This document shows positions 34,867 through 43,706 of a DNA stretch of 58,086 nucleotides, piece by piece. The notes under the pieces are model-generated. The model saw only the letters and a program-made list of their open reading frames with translations, searched no databases and had not been told where the DNA came from. A program made the position numbers and the translations under genes. Numbering within the stretch: the first letter of the stretch is position 1; each line of letters starts with the position of its first letter. The stretch is from Candidatus Aenigmatarchaeota archaeon (lineage in GTDB: Archaea; Aenigmatarchaeota; Aenigmatarchaeia; Aenigmatarchaeales; Aenigmatarchaeaceae): the NCBI GenBank assembly GCA_046760145.1, contig JBHIDO010000002.1, forward strand, positions 1 through 58,086, in the 5' to 3' direction.

Positions 34867-35195
34867 TGTTTACACCTTTCAATATCTAAATAAATAAAAA
34901 CATTACGTGAAGTTGTTTCTCTAAGACCTTCGTATCTTGTTTCTCTTAAAAGGATATCATCTCCTCTATAATTGTTTGATTCTTCAAACCCTCTTAAAAT
35001 ATAATTTCCTTGCTCAAATCTGGTTAACATATCTGTTAAACATTCTAATTGTTCACCAGTAAAACCACACTCTCCTTTTGAAGAATAAAGAGAACCTTGT
35101 AATCTACGTAATACATTCTGTGGTATAGTTAAAATTGTTCCATTATTATTTAGCACAAGATCATGCTCCTCATCAAATATAACTCTTTGGTTCAT
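34863..35195 (-). CDS. Hypothetical 110-aa protein
   Basis: VIFDEEHDLVLNNNGTILTIPQNVL; 4-nt ATGA overlap with the downstream paralog. Its residue usage is not lysine-rich, unlike the host genes. Confidence 0.5.
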   Translation of the reverse strand: MNQRVIFDEEHDLVLNNNGTILTIPQNVLRRLQGSLYSSKGECGFTGEQLECLTDMLTRFEQGNYILRGFEESNNYRGDDILLRETRYEGLRETTSRNVFIYLDIERCKQ

Positions 35196-35221
35196 AGGAT
35201 TTATAATTAATAAATAATATA

Positions 35222-35334
35222 TTTAAAGCTTACGGTATACGTAAAGAAATAGTAAAAAAATAACAATAATCGTTAAATTTATATACTAATTCGTATAATG
35301 AATACTACTATATCATTAGATAGAAAGATTTAAG
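35222..35334 (+). repeat. Degenerate direct-repeat copy of the lysC-lrp intergenic region plus the first ~12 codons of lrp
   Basis: Aligns with 42147-42259 at roughly three quarters identity by eye. It contains the exact 17-mer TCGTATAATGAATACTA (35291-35307 = 42216-42232) and a truncated ORF, MNTTISLDRKI*. Confidence 0.75.
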
Positions 35335-35335
35335 T

Positions 35336-35704
35336 TTAGATTTTGATTTTTTCCTCTATATAATCTTCATCATCAGACGGAATCTCTATTACAAGAAATT
35401 CTAACATTTCTGATCCAATATTTTTTACTCTATGTGCTACCCCTTCGGGTATAGGAATAACTGATGGGGCTTCTATTTTGAATCTTTCTCCGTCTAGAAT
35501 TATCTCTCCCATACCTCTAGAGAAATGATAAACATGTTTTGTTTTTTCATGGGAGTGATAGGGCACAAATTTTTCTGATTCTAGAAAAACATAAGAAACA
35601 GAGAGTTCAGTTTCCTCTACTATTGGAATATATCTTACTCCTTCTGTTTCGTGCACAATACTTTGGGAAAAATCTAATTCTGTAAAAGAATTTGATCCTG
35701 TCAT
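35336..35704 (-). CDS. Cupin domain protein (last gene of the lysine operon)
   Basis: HSHEKTKHVYHFSRGMGEI...GVAHRVKN is a cupin metal motif; ATGA overlap with the aminotransferase gene. Confidence 0.7.
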   Translation of the reverse strand: MTGSNSFTELDFSQSIVHETEGVRYIPIVEETELSVSYVFLESEKFVPYHSHEKTKHVYHFSRGMGEIILDGERFKIEAPSVIPIPEGVAHRVKNIGSEMLEFLVIEIPSDDEDYIEEKIKI

Positions 35705-36867
35705 AAAGACATTCTCCCTATGGCTTCTTCTATTATAGACTCAGGCTGAATTAATGATAATCTTATATAATTTGTTGCATAATCTCCGAAAGCCAAACCA
35801 TGAGTTACTACAACACCCTTTCTTATCATTTCTTTTGTGAAATCAACAGAATTCATACCACAATCAAACCAAAGATAAAATGTAGCTTTTGGGTTTTCTA
35901 CTTTATATCCTATTTCATTCAAACCCTTAACTGCAACATCTCTTCTTTTTCTATAAGTATCAACAATCTCTTCTATCTCCGGGGGTCTCTGGGAACTCTC
36001 ATAACTATCCAGAGCAGCAGCTGCTGCAGCTTGAATATAAGTTGGAGAAGCCATATCAACCTGAGACTTAACTTTTACCATCCCCCCAATCACATCTTGG
36101 TTTCCAACGGCAAACCCTATTCTATCCCCGCCCATTGAAAAGGTTTTAGAGAAACTATTCATTTCAACATGATCCATTCCCCCGTCAAATTGGAGTAAGG
36201 AAGGTGCCATATAACCATCAAAAGTTATTTCTGAGTAAGCATTGTCAAATGCTATGACTATCCCATTATCTTCTGCAAAATTCAAAGATTCTTTCAAGAA
36301 TTCATTGCTAGCTATAGCAGTAGTAGGATTGTTGGGATAATTTAGATACATTAATTTTGCCTTTTTTACAATTTCAGTAGGTATAGAGTCAAACAATGGA
36401 AGATAGCCATTTTCCTTTTCGAGATTCATATAATAAGGAACCCCCTCGTTCAAAATTGCTCCACCCTTTGCATAAACCGGATATCCTGGATCAGGAACTA
36501 AAACAAAATCTCCTGGGTCTACAAGAGTTTTAGCAATAACACCCAAACCTTCTTTAGACCCAATCAAATTAGTAACATTTTCTTCTTCTAAACTAACCCC
36601 GAATCTGTTTTGCATCCAATTTGCAACAGATTCTCTAAAGAAAGGTTCTCCCCCACTTGAGTTAAGTGTATATCTGTGATGTTTTTGTTTTTGTGTTTCT
36701 TTTGCCAATACATCTAAAATAAACTGTGGGGTTGGTACATCTGGTATTCCTACCCCAAGTCTTATTAAGTCTACACCTTTGTTTTCTTGTTCCTTTATCA
36801 AATCCTCTATGTAAACAAATGCGTATTTTGGAACCCTCTTGACCCTTTCAGCTAACTTTACTTTCAT
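35701..36867 (-). CDS. Class I PLP aminotransferase, LL-diaminopimelate aminotransferase (DapL)-like
   Basis: VPKYAFVYIEDL...IRLGVGIPDVPTP N-terminus, YPNNPTT, and the SFSKTFSMGGDRIG PLP-lysine motif, in an operon context with dapA/dapB/lysA. Confidence 0.6.
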   Translation of the reverse strand: MKVKLAERVKRVPKYAFVYIEDLIKEQENKGVDLIRLGVGIPDVPTPQFILDVLAKETQKQKHHRYTLNSSGGEPFFRESVANWMQNRFGVSLEEENVTNLIGSKEGLGVIAKTLVDPGDFVLVPDPGYPVYAKGGAILNEGVPYYMNLEKENGYLPLFDSIPTEIVKKAKLMYLNYPNNPTTAIASNEFLKESLNFAEDNGIVIAFDNAYSEITFDGYMAPSLLQFDGGMDHVEMNSFSKTFSMGGDRIGFAVGNQDVIGGMVKVKSQVDMASPTYIQAAAAAALDSYESSQRPPEIEEIVDTYRKRRDVAVKGLNEIGYKVENPKATFYLWFDCGMNSVDFTKEMIRKGVVVTHGLAFGDYATNYIRLSLIQPESIIEEAIGRMSL

Positions 36868-38114
36868 GTTATCGTCCTTGCAATATCTTTGTAAGTTTCT
36901 CTTCTTCTTATCAATGTAGATTTTTCTTTGTCAATCAAAACTTCTGCAGGCCTTAATCTTGAATTGTAGTTTGAGCTCATTGAAAATCCATATGCACCTG
37001 CATTTAGAATTGCTAAAATATCATCTTTTCTTGGTTTTGGTATTTCTCTTTCTTTAATTCCATTCTTGTCTCGTGTAAAAACATCTCCAGATTCACAAAC
37101 ATTTCCAGTAATAAGAACTTCTTCTTTTTCTCCGTAAGGGTTTGACAAATTTACAATTTCATGATAAGCTCCATAAAGAACAGGTCTTATTAAATGATTA
37201 AAGCCTGTATCGGTTCCAATGAAGGTATAACATGGAGTCAATTTTCTATCTGTAACCATTGTTAAAAGAGAACCTGAATCTGCAACATAATATCTTCCAT
37301 TTTCTAAGATAAGGTCAAGATCCCTCCCATAATTTTCACACCATTGTTCAAAAATTTCACTGAGACCAACACCAAAATTGTTTAAATCAATTTCATTTTC
37401 ATTCGGACCGTAAGGAATTCCAACCCCACCTCCAAAATTTACATATTCCAAATCTGGAAAATTCTCAGCTGTTCTTAGCAAAGATTTTGAAGCCTTTAGA
37501 AATGGCTCACTTGTTAAAAATCTAGATCCTATATGCATATGAAGTCCTACTATTTCCAATTCGCAATCTTTTGCTGTTTGGATTATTTCATTAACTTGAG
37601 TGTAAGGAATTCCAAATTTACTTTTTTCATCACCTGTAATAACATATTCATGATGACCTGCCCCTATACCAGGATTTATTCTAACTGAGATTCCATTAAG
37701 TCTTTCTTCAAGACTTGCATAGGTTTCTATTTGTTCCAAAGAGTCTGCATTAAAATTAATATTTTCTGCTCCAACAATTTCTAAATCTTTTTGAGAGGCG
37801 CTATTAGATGTGAAAAACATTTCTTTAGAATTAAAACCAGCAAGTTTTGAAAATTCAATTTCCCCAGGACTAGCAACATCAATACCGTGACAACCAGCTT
37901 CTTTTAAAACTTTCATTATGTGAGGATTTGCATTAGCCTTACATGCATAAAGAAGTTTTTTTGGTTCATAAATCACAGCCTCAGCAACCTCTGAGAATCT
38001 TTCCACTATCTTACTTTTTTCATAAACATAAAGAGGAGTTTCAAATTCATCTACAAATTCTCTAAACCCAACATCCTCAAAAAGGAAATTTCCATTATCA
38101 AAATTCATAAGCAA
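36864..38114 (-). CDS. lysA: Diaminopimelate decarboxylase
   Basis: YACKANANPHI (PLP Lys), HMHIGS, CESGD, 416 aa. Confidence 0.88.
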   Translation of the reverse strand: MLMNFDNGNFLFEDVGFREFVDEFETPLYVYEKSKIVERFSEVAEAVIYEPKKLLYACKANANPHIMKVLKEAGCHGIDVASPGEIEFSKLAGFNSKEMFFTSNSASQKDLEIVGAENINFNADSLEQIETYASLEERLNGISVRINPGIGAGHHEYVITGDEKSKFGIPYTQVNEIIQTAKDCELEIVGLHMHIGSRFLTSEPFLKASKSLLRTAENFPDLEYVNFGGGVGIPYGPNENEIDLNNFGVGLSEIFEQWCENYGRDLDLILENGRYYVADSGSLLTMVTDRKLTPCYTFIGTDTGFNHLIRPVLYGAYHEIVNLSNPYGEKEEVLITGNVCESGDVFTRDKNGIKEREIPKPRKDDILAILNAGAYGFSMSSNYNSRLRPAEVLIDKEKSTLIRRRETYKDIARTIT

Positions 38115-39003
38115 TCCCCAAATTTTTCATAACTTTATCAACTTCTATTCTAGACTCTTCTGTCAATGGTGTAAGTGGTAATCTAGGAACCCCAGCATCT
38201 ATTCCTACTTTGGTTAGCATATAATGTGCTGGTATTGGATTAGTTTCTATAAATAATGCTTCGTACAAGTCCCTTAATTGTTCATCAATTGCAATGGCAG
38301 ATTCATATTGTCCTTCAAGAGCATAATGTACCATATCAGAAGTTTTTTTAGGATCAATATTTGCTGATACAGAAATTACTCCATAACCTCCATTTTTTAT
38401 TATTTCGTATGTTAGTCCATCATCTCCAGAAAGAACACTGAAATTTTCTAAATCAGAAGTTTCGTCAATGATTTTTTTTATTTTATCAATATCACCAGAT
38501 GCTTCTTTTACAGCAATTATGTTACTATATTCCCTTGCCAATCTCACAACAGTATCTGGTTCAATACTTCTAGCAGTTCTACCAGGAACATTATAAATAA
38601 TTAATTCTCCTTGAATTGCATTTGCAATTCTTCCATAGTGCATAAACAATCCTTCTTGCATTGGTTTGTTCTGATATGGACTTATTTGCAGATGCGTTTT
38701 AATCCCAAAATCCTCAAAACATAAAGCATCTTCTATAGCTTGTTTTGTATAGTTCGAACCATCACCCACTATAACTTCTTTTCCCTTTGCTATATCCAAA
38801 ACAGTCTGAACTATTTGTTCTTGCTCTTCCATGTCAAAAGAATTTGCATGACCTGTACAGCCTAAAGGTACTACACCGTCTACACCACCACTTATTACAT
38901 ATTCAACCAAATTTTCTAGAGCTTCAAAATTTACAGGACTATCTAAATTTTCTTTATCCGAAGTTATCGGAGTTACCAATGCTGGAAAACAACCTTTTAA
39001 CAT
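38098..39003 (-). CDS. dapA: 4-hydroxy-tetrahydrodipicolinate synthase
   Basis: GVDGVVPLGCTGH, IYNVPGRT, AVKEASGD (Schiff-base Lys). Confidence 0.9.
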   Translation of the reverse strand: MLKGCFPALVTPITSDKENLDSPVNFEALENLVEYVISGGVDGVVPLGCTGHANSFDMEEQEQIVQTVLDIAKGKEVIVGDGSNYTKQAIEDALCFEDFGIKTHLQISPYQNKPMQEGLFMHYGRIANAIQGELIIYNVPGRTARSIEPDTVVRLAREYSNIIAVKEASGDIDKIKKIIDETSDLENFSVLSGDDGLTYEIIKNGGYGVISVSANIDPKKTSDMVHYALEGQYESAIAIDEQLRDLYEALFIETNPIPAHYMLTKVGIDAGVPRLPLTPLTEESRIEVDKVMKNLGIAYEF

Positions 39004-40044
39004 TCAATCACCCAATCCTAATTTATAAAATAGTTCAGCATTTAAGACTGAACCACCCGCAGCACCTCTTATTGTATTATGTGAGAGCGAAAAGAATTTA
39101 TAATTAAAAATATTGTCTGTTCTCAATCTACCAACACTAACAGTCATACCATTACCACGCATTCTATCTAATCTAGGTTGTGGTCTATCTTCTTCCTCAA
39201 AAATATATAAAACATCTTTTGGAGACGAATACAAACCATATTCTTTCAAAGGATTGAAACTCTGTATATATTGTTTTAATTCTTCCACATCTTTCTGATT
39301 TTTAACTCTAACCTGAATATGTTCTGTATGACCGTCTATGACAGGAACTCTAGAGCAGGATACAGAATAAATTACATCGGGATTGTGCATCATTTTTTTA
39401 GATTCTATTTCAATTTTTTCTTCTTCCTGTCTTATAAATGGAATAACATTTGATACCATAACTCCACCCGGATATGCACCTTTGCCTGCTCCAGATAATG
39501 CCTGATAAGTTGTAACATTTACTTCTTCCAAACCACACAAATCATCTATAGGTTTTAATGGTAAAAGCAAACCTGTTGCAGAGCAATTGGGATTCTTAAT
39601 AATACAACCACCATTATTTTCATACCATGCCTGACCTCTTACAAGTTCTAAATCTGAACCATTTACTTCAGGGATAACAAGTGGGATATCTGATTCCATT
39701 CTCATTGCACTTGAATTTGAAAAAACTTTTACTCCCTGTTCAGCAAGTGAAATTTCTAATTCTTTTGGAACTTCACCGCTTGGCAAAGCAGAAAAAGCAA
39801 GATCAATTCTTTCTGCAATATATTTTATATCATCCAGCCCACCTCTTTCTATTTCCATATCTTCTAATTCTTCTGGTACAACAAAATCATCTAATCCCCA
39901 TATATCTTTTAATTTCTTACCAGCAGTAGAATTTCCTGTTATTATTTCTAAATTAAAATATGGATGTTCATAAAGCATTTGCACAAATCTCTGTCCCACA
40001 AATCCTCCGCCCAAGATTCCAACTTTTTTCATTTTATTCACCAA
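39004..40044 (-). CDS. asd: Aspartate-semialdehyde dehydrogenase
   Basis: VGILGGGFVGQ Rossmann motif, NPNCSATG active-site Cys, and SHNTIRGAAG. Confidence 0.9.
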   Translation of the reverse strand: MVNKMKKVGILGGGFVGQRFVQMLYEHPYFNLEIITGNSTAGKKLKDIWGLDDFVVPEELEDMEIERGGLDDIKYIAERIDLAFSALPSGEVPKELEISLAEQGVKVFSNSSAMRMESDIPLVIPEVNGSDLELVRGQAWYENNGGCIIKNPNCSATGLLLPLKPIDDLCGLEEVNVTTYQALSGAGKGAYPGGVMVSNVIPFIRQEEEKIEIESKKMMHNPDVIYSVSCSRVPVIDGHTEHIQVRVKNQKDVEELKQYIQSFNPLKEYGLYSSPKDVLYIFEEEDRPQPRLDRMRGNGMTVSVGRLRTDNIFNYKFFSLSHNTIRGAAGGSVLNAELFYKLGLGD

Positions 40045-40735
40045 ATATATCTTCTAACATTTGATCAAAGGTATAAAGGCCCTTTTTATTTCTAATCCAA
40101 CGTGCAGCTTCTAATGCACCCTTTGCAAAACCTTCTCTACTTTTTGCAGCATGTGTAATTTCTATCGAATCTCCCTGAGAATCAAAAATTGTTGTATGGG
40201 TTCCTACAATACTTCCTACTCTTACACTACTAATCGGAATATTCTCATATCCAGATTGTTTTAATATCTCTTTAATTTTTTTAGCAGTTCCAGATGGTGC
40301 ATCAAGTTTTTGATCATGATGCATCTCAATAACAGCTGGATCATAATCTAATCTTTTAAGATCTTTTCCTATTTTTTCCAATATTCTATAATATACATTT
40401 ACTCCCAATGAAAAGTTTGGAGCAAATATAAAACCAACATCAGACTCCATTACAATAGATTTTACCTCATCAAGAGAATCATACCAACCTGTTGTACCAA
40501 CAACAATATCTTTTCCTAAACTACAAACCTTTCTAATATTTTCAACAACAGAATCTGGAGATGTGAAGTCGATACAGACATCCGCTCCTTGAACACTTTC
40601 CTTGTTTATTTCTTTATACAAGGCATCAGTACTGATTGGGTCTATTGTAGAGTAAACTTCAAAATGTTCTGAACTATTTGCTAGACTTTCTACTTCTCTT
40701 CCCATTTTACCGTATCCTATTAAAGATATTTTCAT
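40034..40735 (-). CDS. dapB: 4-hydroxy-tetrahydrodipicolinate reductase
   Basis: KISLIGYGKMG, EMHHDQKLDAPSGTA. Confidence 0.9.
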   Translation of the reverse strand: MKISLIGYGKMGREVESLANSSEHFEVYSTIDPISTDALYKEINKESVQGADVCIDFTSPDSVVENIRKVCSLGKDIVVGTTGWYDSLDEVKSIVMESDVGFIFAPNFSLGVNVYYRILEKIGKDLKRLDYDPAVIEMHHDQKLDAPSGTAKKIKEILKQSGYENIPISSVRVGSIVGTHTTIFDSQGDSIEITHAAKSREGFAKGALEAARWIRNKKGLYTFDQMLEDIFGE

Positions 40736-42123
40736 TTTTTAACCTCCGGAAAAAATTCATCATGAAGCAAATTGACAGCTCTCTGAAGATACTTTTGGTC
40801 CACTACTAAACCTATACTTCTTGATGATGCACCTTCTGACAACATAACGTGATTAACGTCATTATCAGCAAGTGCCTTTAACGTTCTTGCTGTTACACCA
40901 ACTGTTTTACCAATTCCCTCTCCAACAACATTGATACTTGCCATATTCGGTCTGTGAGTAACAGTAGCAAAGGGTTTTAATCTTCTCTTAATTTCACTCA
41001 TGTATATATCATTATCAACAGTTAATGAAATACTAGTTTCTGATGTTGCAAGCATATCAACAGATTTTCCATATTCACTAAATGCTTCAAAAATATGCGC
41101 AAGGTAACCAGGTTGATCGACCATTTTTGTTGATTCAACATTAATAAGAGTTATATCCTCTTTATGAGCAATCGCTTTAACTTGACCATCACCAGCTTCT
41201 GATTCACGAGTTATTTTTGTACTCGAATTGTCAGGCTTGAATGTGTTAAAGATGTAGACAGGTATGTTTTTTTCCATTGCAGGTTCAATCGCTTTTGGAT
41301 ATAAAACTCTTGAACCAAAGTGTGCTAACTGTGCTGCTTCTGCAAAAGATAGATTTTCAGCAGTTTTTGCATTTGAAACCAAGTTTGGGTCTGCAGTCAT
41401 TATACCATTAACATCTGTCCAGATTTCAATGTAATCAGCATCCAAGGCAGCTCCAATAACTGCTGCTGATAGGTCTGAACCACCCCTTCCCAAAGTTGTT
41501 ATCTCTCCTTTTGGTGTCATACCAATAAATCCAGGTGAAACCCAAACCTTATCTTGTTTAAATTCTTCTTTTATATCTTCATCATAACTCCAGTCGGCTG
41601 TTATAGCATTATAAGCATAATCCAAAACTTCTGCATTACCAAAATTCTCATCTGTTATTATATGAAAGAGCCCATACTCTGCATCAATTCCTCTATCTCG
41701 TAAAGTAGCAGTAAATATGTTGGCAGATAATCGTTCTCCATACGAGGTTATTAGATCTTGAAATCTAGCAAAGTTTGAATCCCTATTTTTAAGTGCATGA
41801 TCTAAATCCGTAACAAGTTCTTCCCAAGTTTGTTCTTCAGAATATTTTTTTTTAATGTTACACATTAAATCGTTAGTAAGGTCTTTATGTCTTTTGTAAA
41901 TAGAAGATAAATCTGATTCATAAGAATTACCTTTATGGGCTTGAGTAGCACACTTTATCAACGCATCTGTTACTTTTGTTTCATAGCCTTTTGCAGTACC
42001 AACAGCAGAAGTTACAACAACAAGATCTTTTTCAAATGACTTTCTTTCTTCAACAATGTCAGCAGATTTCCTAATAGCATAAGCATTTCCAAGTGAAGAT
42101 CCACCGAATTTCATTACAATCAT
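40732..42123 (-). CDS. lysC: Aspartate kinase
   Basis: IVMKFGGSSLG, GRGGSDLSAA, and C-terminal ACT-like repeats. Confidence 0.9.
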   Translation of the reverse strand: MIVMKFGGSSLGNAYAIRKSADIVEERKSFEKDLVVVTSAVGTAKGYETKVTDALIKCATQAHKGNSYESDLSSIYKRHKDLTNDLMCNIKKKYSEEQTWEELVTDLDHALKNRDSNFARFQDLITSYGERLSANIFTATLRDRGIDAEYGLFHIITDENFGNAEVLDYAYNAITADWSYDEDIKEEFKQDKVWVSPGFIGMTPKGEITTLGRGGSDLSAAVIGAALDADYIEIWTDVNGIMTADPNLVSNAKTAENLSFAEAAQLAHFGSRVLYPKAIEPAMEKNIPVYIFNTFKPDNSSTKITRESEAGDGQVKAIAHKEDITLINVESTKMVDQPGYLAHIFEAFSEYGKSVDMLATSETSISLTVDNDIYMSEIKRRLKPFATVTHRPNMASINVVGEGIGKTVGVTARTLKALADNDVNHVMLSEGASSRSIGLVVDQKYLQRAVNLLHDEFFPEVKK

Positions 42124-42146
42124 GCTAAAAGTGGATAAGTAAACCT

Positions 42147-42259
42147 TTTAAATCTTACGTATACAGTAAAAATTCAGAAAAATATCTACTAGAAACGTTA
42201 GATTTATATATTAAATCGTATAATGAATACTAATATGTTATTAGACCAAAAAATTTTAG
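42147..42259 (+). repeat. Functional copy of the direct repeat (lysC/lrp divergent control region plus lrp start)
   Basis: See 35222-35334; it contains the lrp ATG at 42223. Confidence 0.75.
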
Positions 42260-42642
42260 ATGAGTTAAGAAAAAACTCAAGAAAATCAAATGTAGAAATA
42301 GCTAAGAAATTAAAAGTATCAGAAGGAACAGTAAGAAAAAGGATACAAAGATTAATTAAAAGAGGTGTGATCAAAAAATTTACAATAGAGATATCCACAA
42401 AAACCGGATTTTCAACAATGGTATTAATAAAAAGCAAACCCCAAGTCAATACTTCTAAAATAGTTGAAAATATTAAAAAAATAAAAGATGTTGAAAGTAT
42501 TTTTGAAACTGCAGGAGATTATGATGTGATTGTAAATATTGTTACAATATCTGCAGAAAGTTTTAATAACATTATTGAAAGGGTAAGAAAAATAGATGGA
42601 ATTTTAGAAACAGAAACACTGACTATTCTAAAAATATCTTAA
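42223..42642 (+). CDS. Lrp/AsnC family transcriptional regulator
   Basis: LDELRKNSRKSNVEIAKKLKVSEGTVRKRIQRL HTH plus a RAM-like C-terminal domain; divergent from lysC. Confidence 0.88.
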   Translation: MNTNMLLDQKILDELRKNSRKSNVEIAKKLKVSEGTVRKRIQRLIKRGVIKKFTIEISTKTGFSTMVLIKSKPQVNTSKIVENIKKIKDVESIFETAGDYDVIVNIVTISAESFNNIIERVRKIDGILETETLTILKIS

Positions 42643-42674
42643 GTATTTAAGTTTTTTTGAACATTAATAAAAGC

Positions 42675-43553
42675 ATGAACTCTATGATAATACCTGGAAG
42701 CGCATCTAAAGAATTAGCAAAACTTTTTTCTGAGAATCTAGGATATCCACTAGCAAATGTAGAATATACAAAATTTCCTAATGGAGAATTTAAAGTTGGA
42801 ATAAAGGAAGATGAATTACCTAAAACAGTTTACATTGTACAATCTACTTATGAACCACAAGGAATGCATTATTTTGAAGCATATTTCTTATCAGAACAAG
42901 CTAGAGATGAATTTTCAGTAGGTGAAGTAATAGGAATTTTTCCATTTATGGGTTTTTCTAGGGAATATTCTTCTATAAAAAGGATTTTTAAACAGCTTAA
43001 AAATTCAGGAATTAATAGGGCAATAACATTTGATGCTCATTTTCATAGGGAAGAGGGGAAATGTGATGATTTTGATATATCCTGCCATACTTTGACTGCA
43101 AGTAAACCATTAATCGACTATGCTATTGAAAGATTCTCTCTTGAAAATCCATTTATAATTAGTCCTGATAAGGGTGGGAAGGAAATAGTTAGTAAATATG
43201 AAGATAAATACGATGCTACATTTTTGATAAAGGAAAGATTGAGTCCTGACAAAGTAAGAATTGTTAGATTAGCAAATGAAGAATTAGATGTAGAAGGTAG
43301 AAATATTATTCTTAATGATGATACTATGGGTACTTGTGATACCATGATAGAGGCTTCAGAATATTTGAAATCTAGGGGTGCAGAAAGAATTATAGCAACT
43401 GCCACACACGCAGAGCTAGTTCATATAAAAGATGCATATAATTCATTAGCGCATGAGGTAAGTGGCATCGTAGTTACTGATACTATTCCTAACTTTTTAA
43501 GTGATGTGGTTTCTGTTTCTAATCTTATTCAAAGAAATAAAGAATTTCTTTAA
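42675..43553 (+). CDS. prs: Ribose-phosphate pyrophosphokinase (PRPP synthase)-like
   Basis: IIPGSASKELAKLFSENLGYPLA..EYTKFPNGE and NDDTMGTCDTM (PRPP loop-like). I prefer the ATG at 42675 over the TTG at 42657. Confidence 0.7.
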   Translation: MNSMIIPGSASKELAKLFSENLGYPLANVEYTKFPNGEFKVGIKEDELPKTVYIVQSTYEPQGMHYFEAYFLSEQARDEFSVGEVIGIFPFMGFSREYSSIKRIFKQLKNSGINRAITFDAHFHREEGKCDDFDISCHTLTASKPLIDYAIERFSLENPFIISPDKGGKEIVSKYEDKYDATFLIKERLSPDKVRIVRLANEELDVEGRNIILNDDTMGTCDTMIEASEYLKSRGAERIIATATHAELVHIKDAYNSLAHEVSGIVVTDTIPNFLSDVVSVSNLIQRNKEFL

Positions 43554-43560
43554 AAAAGAG

Positions 43561-43672
43561 TCCCGTCTGGGAGATTCGAACTCCCGACCTACCGGTTTCT
43601 GAGCAACTGCTAAATGAGCAATACAAATGTAAAGCTCTACAGCCGGTCGCTCTACCACTGAGCTAAGACGGG
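43561..43672 (-). tRNA. tRNA-Tyr(GUA) with one 40-nt intron at 37/38; no encoded CCA
   Basis: CCCGTCT TA GCTC AGTGGTA GAGC G ACCGG CTGTAG [40 nt] A CCGGT AGGTC GGGAG TTCGAAT CTCCC AGACGGG A. It has the C1-G72 pair typical of archaeal tRNA-Tyr. Confidence 0.9.
43597..43636 (-). other. tRNA-Tyr intron (40 nt, 37/38)
   Basis: A near-canonical BHB. CTG of 32-34 pairs with CAG, with one T-T mismatch in the 4-bp helix. The bulges are AG|A and AA|A. Confidence 0.7.
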
Positions 43673-43706
43673 CTAAACAGAAATTAATCCGAGAAGTATT
43701 TATAAT

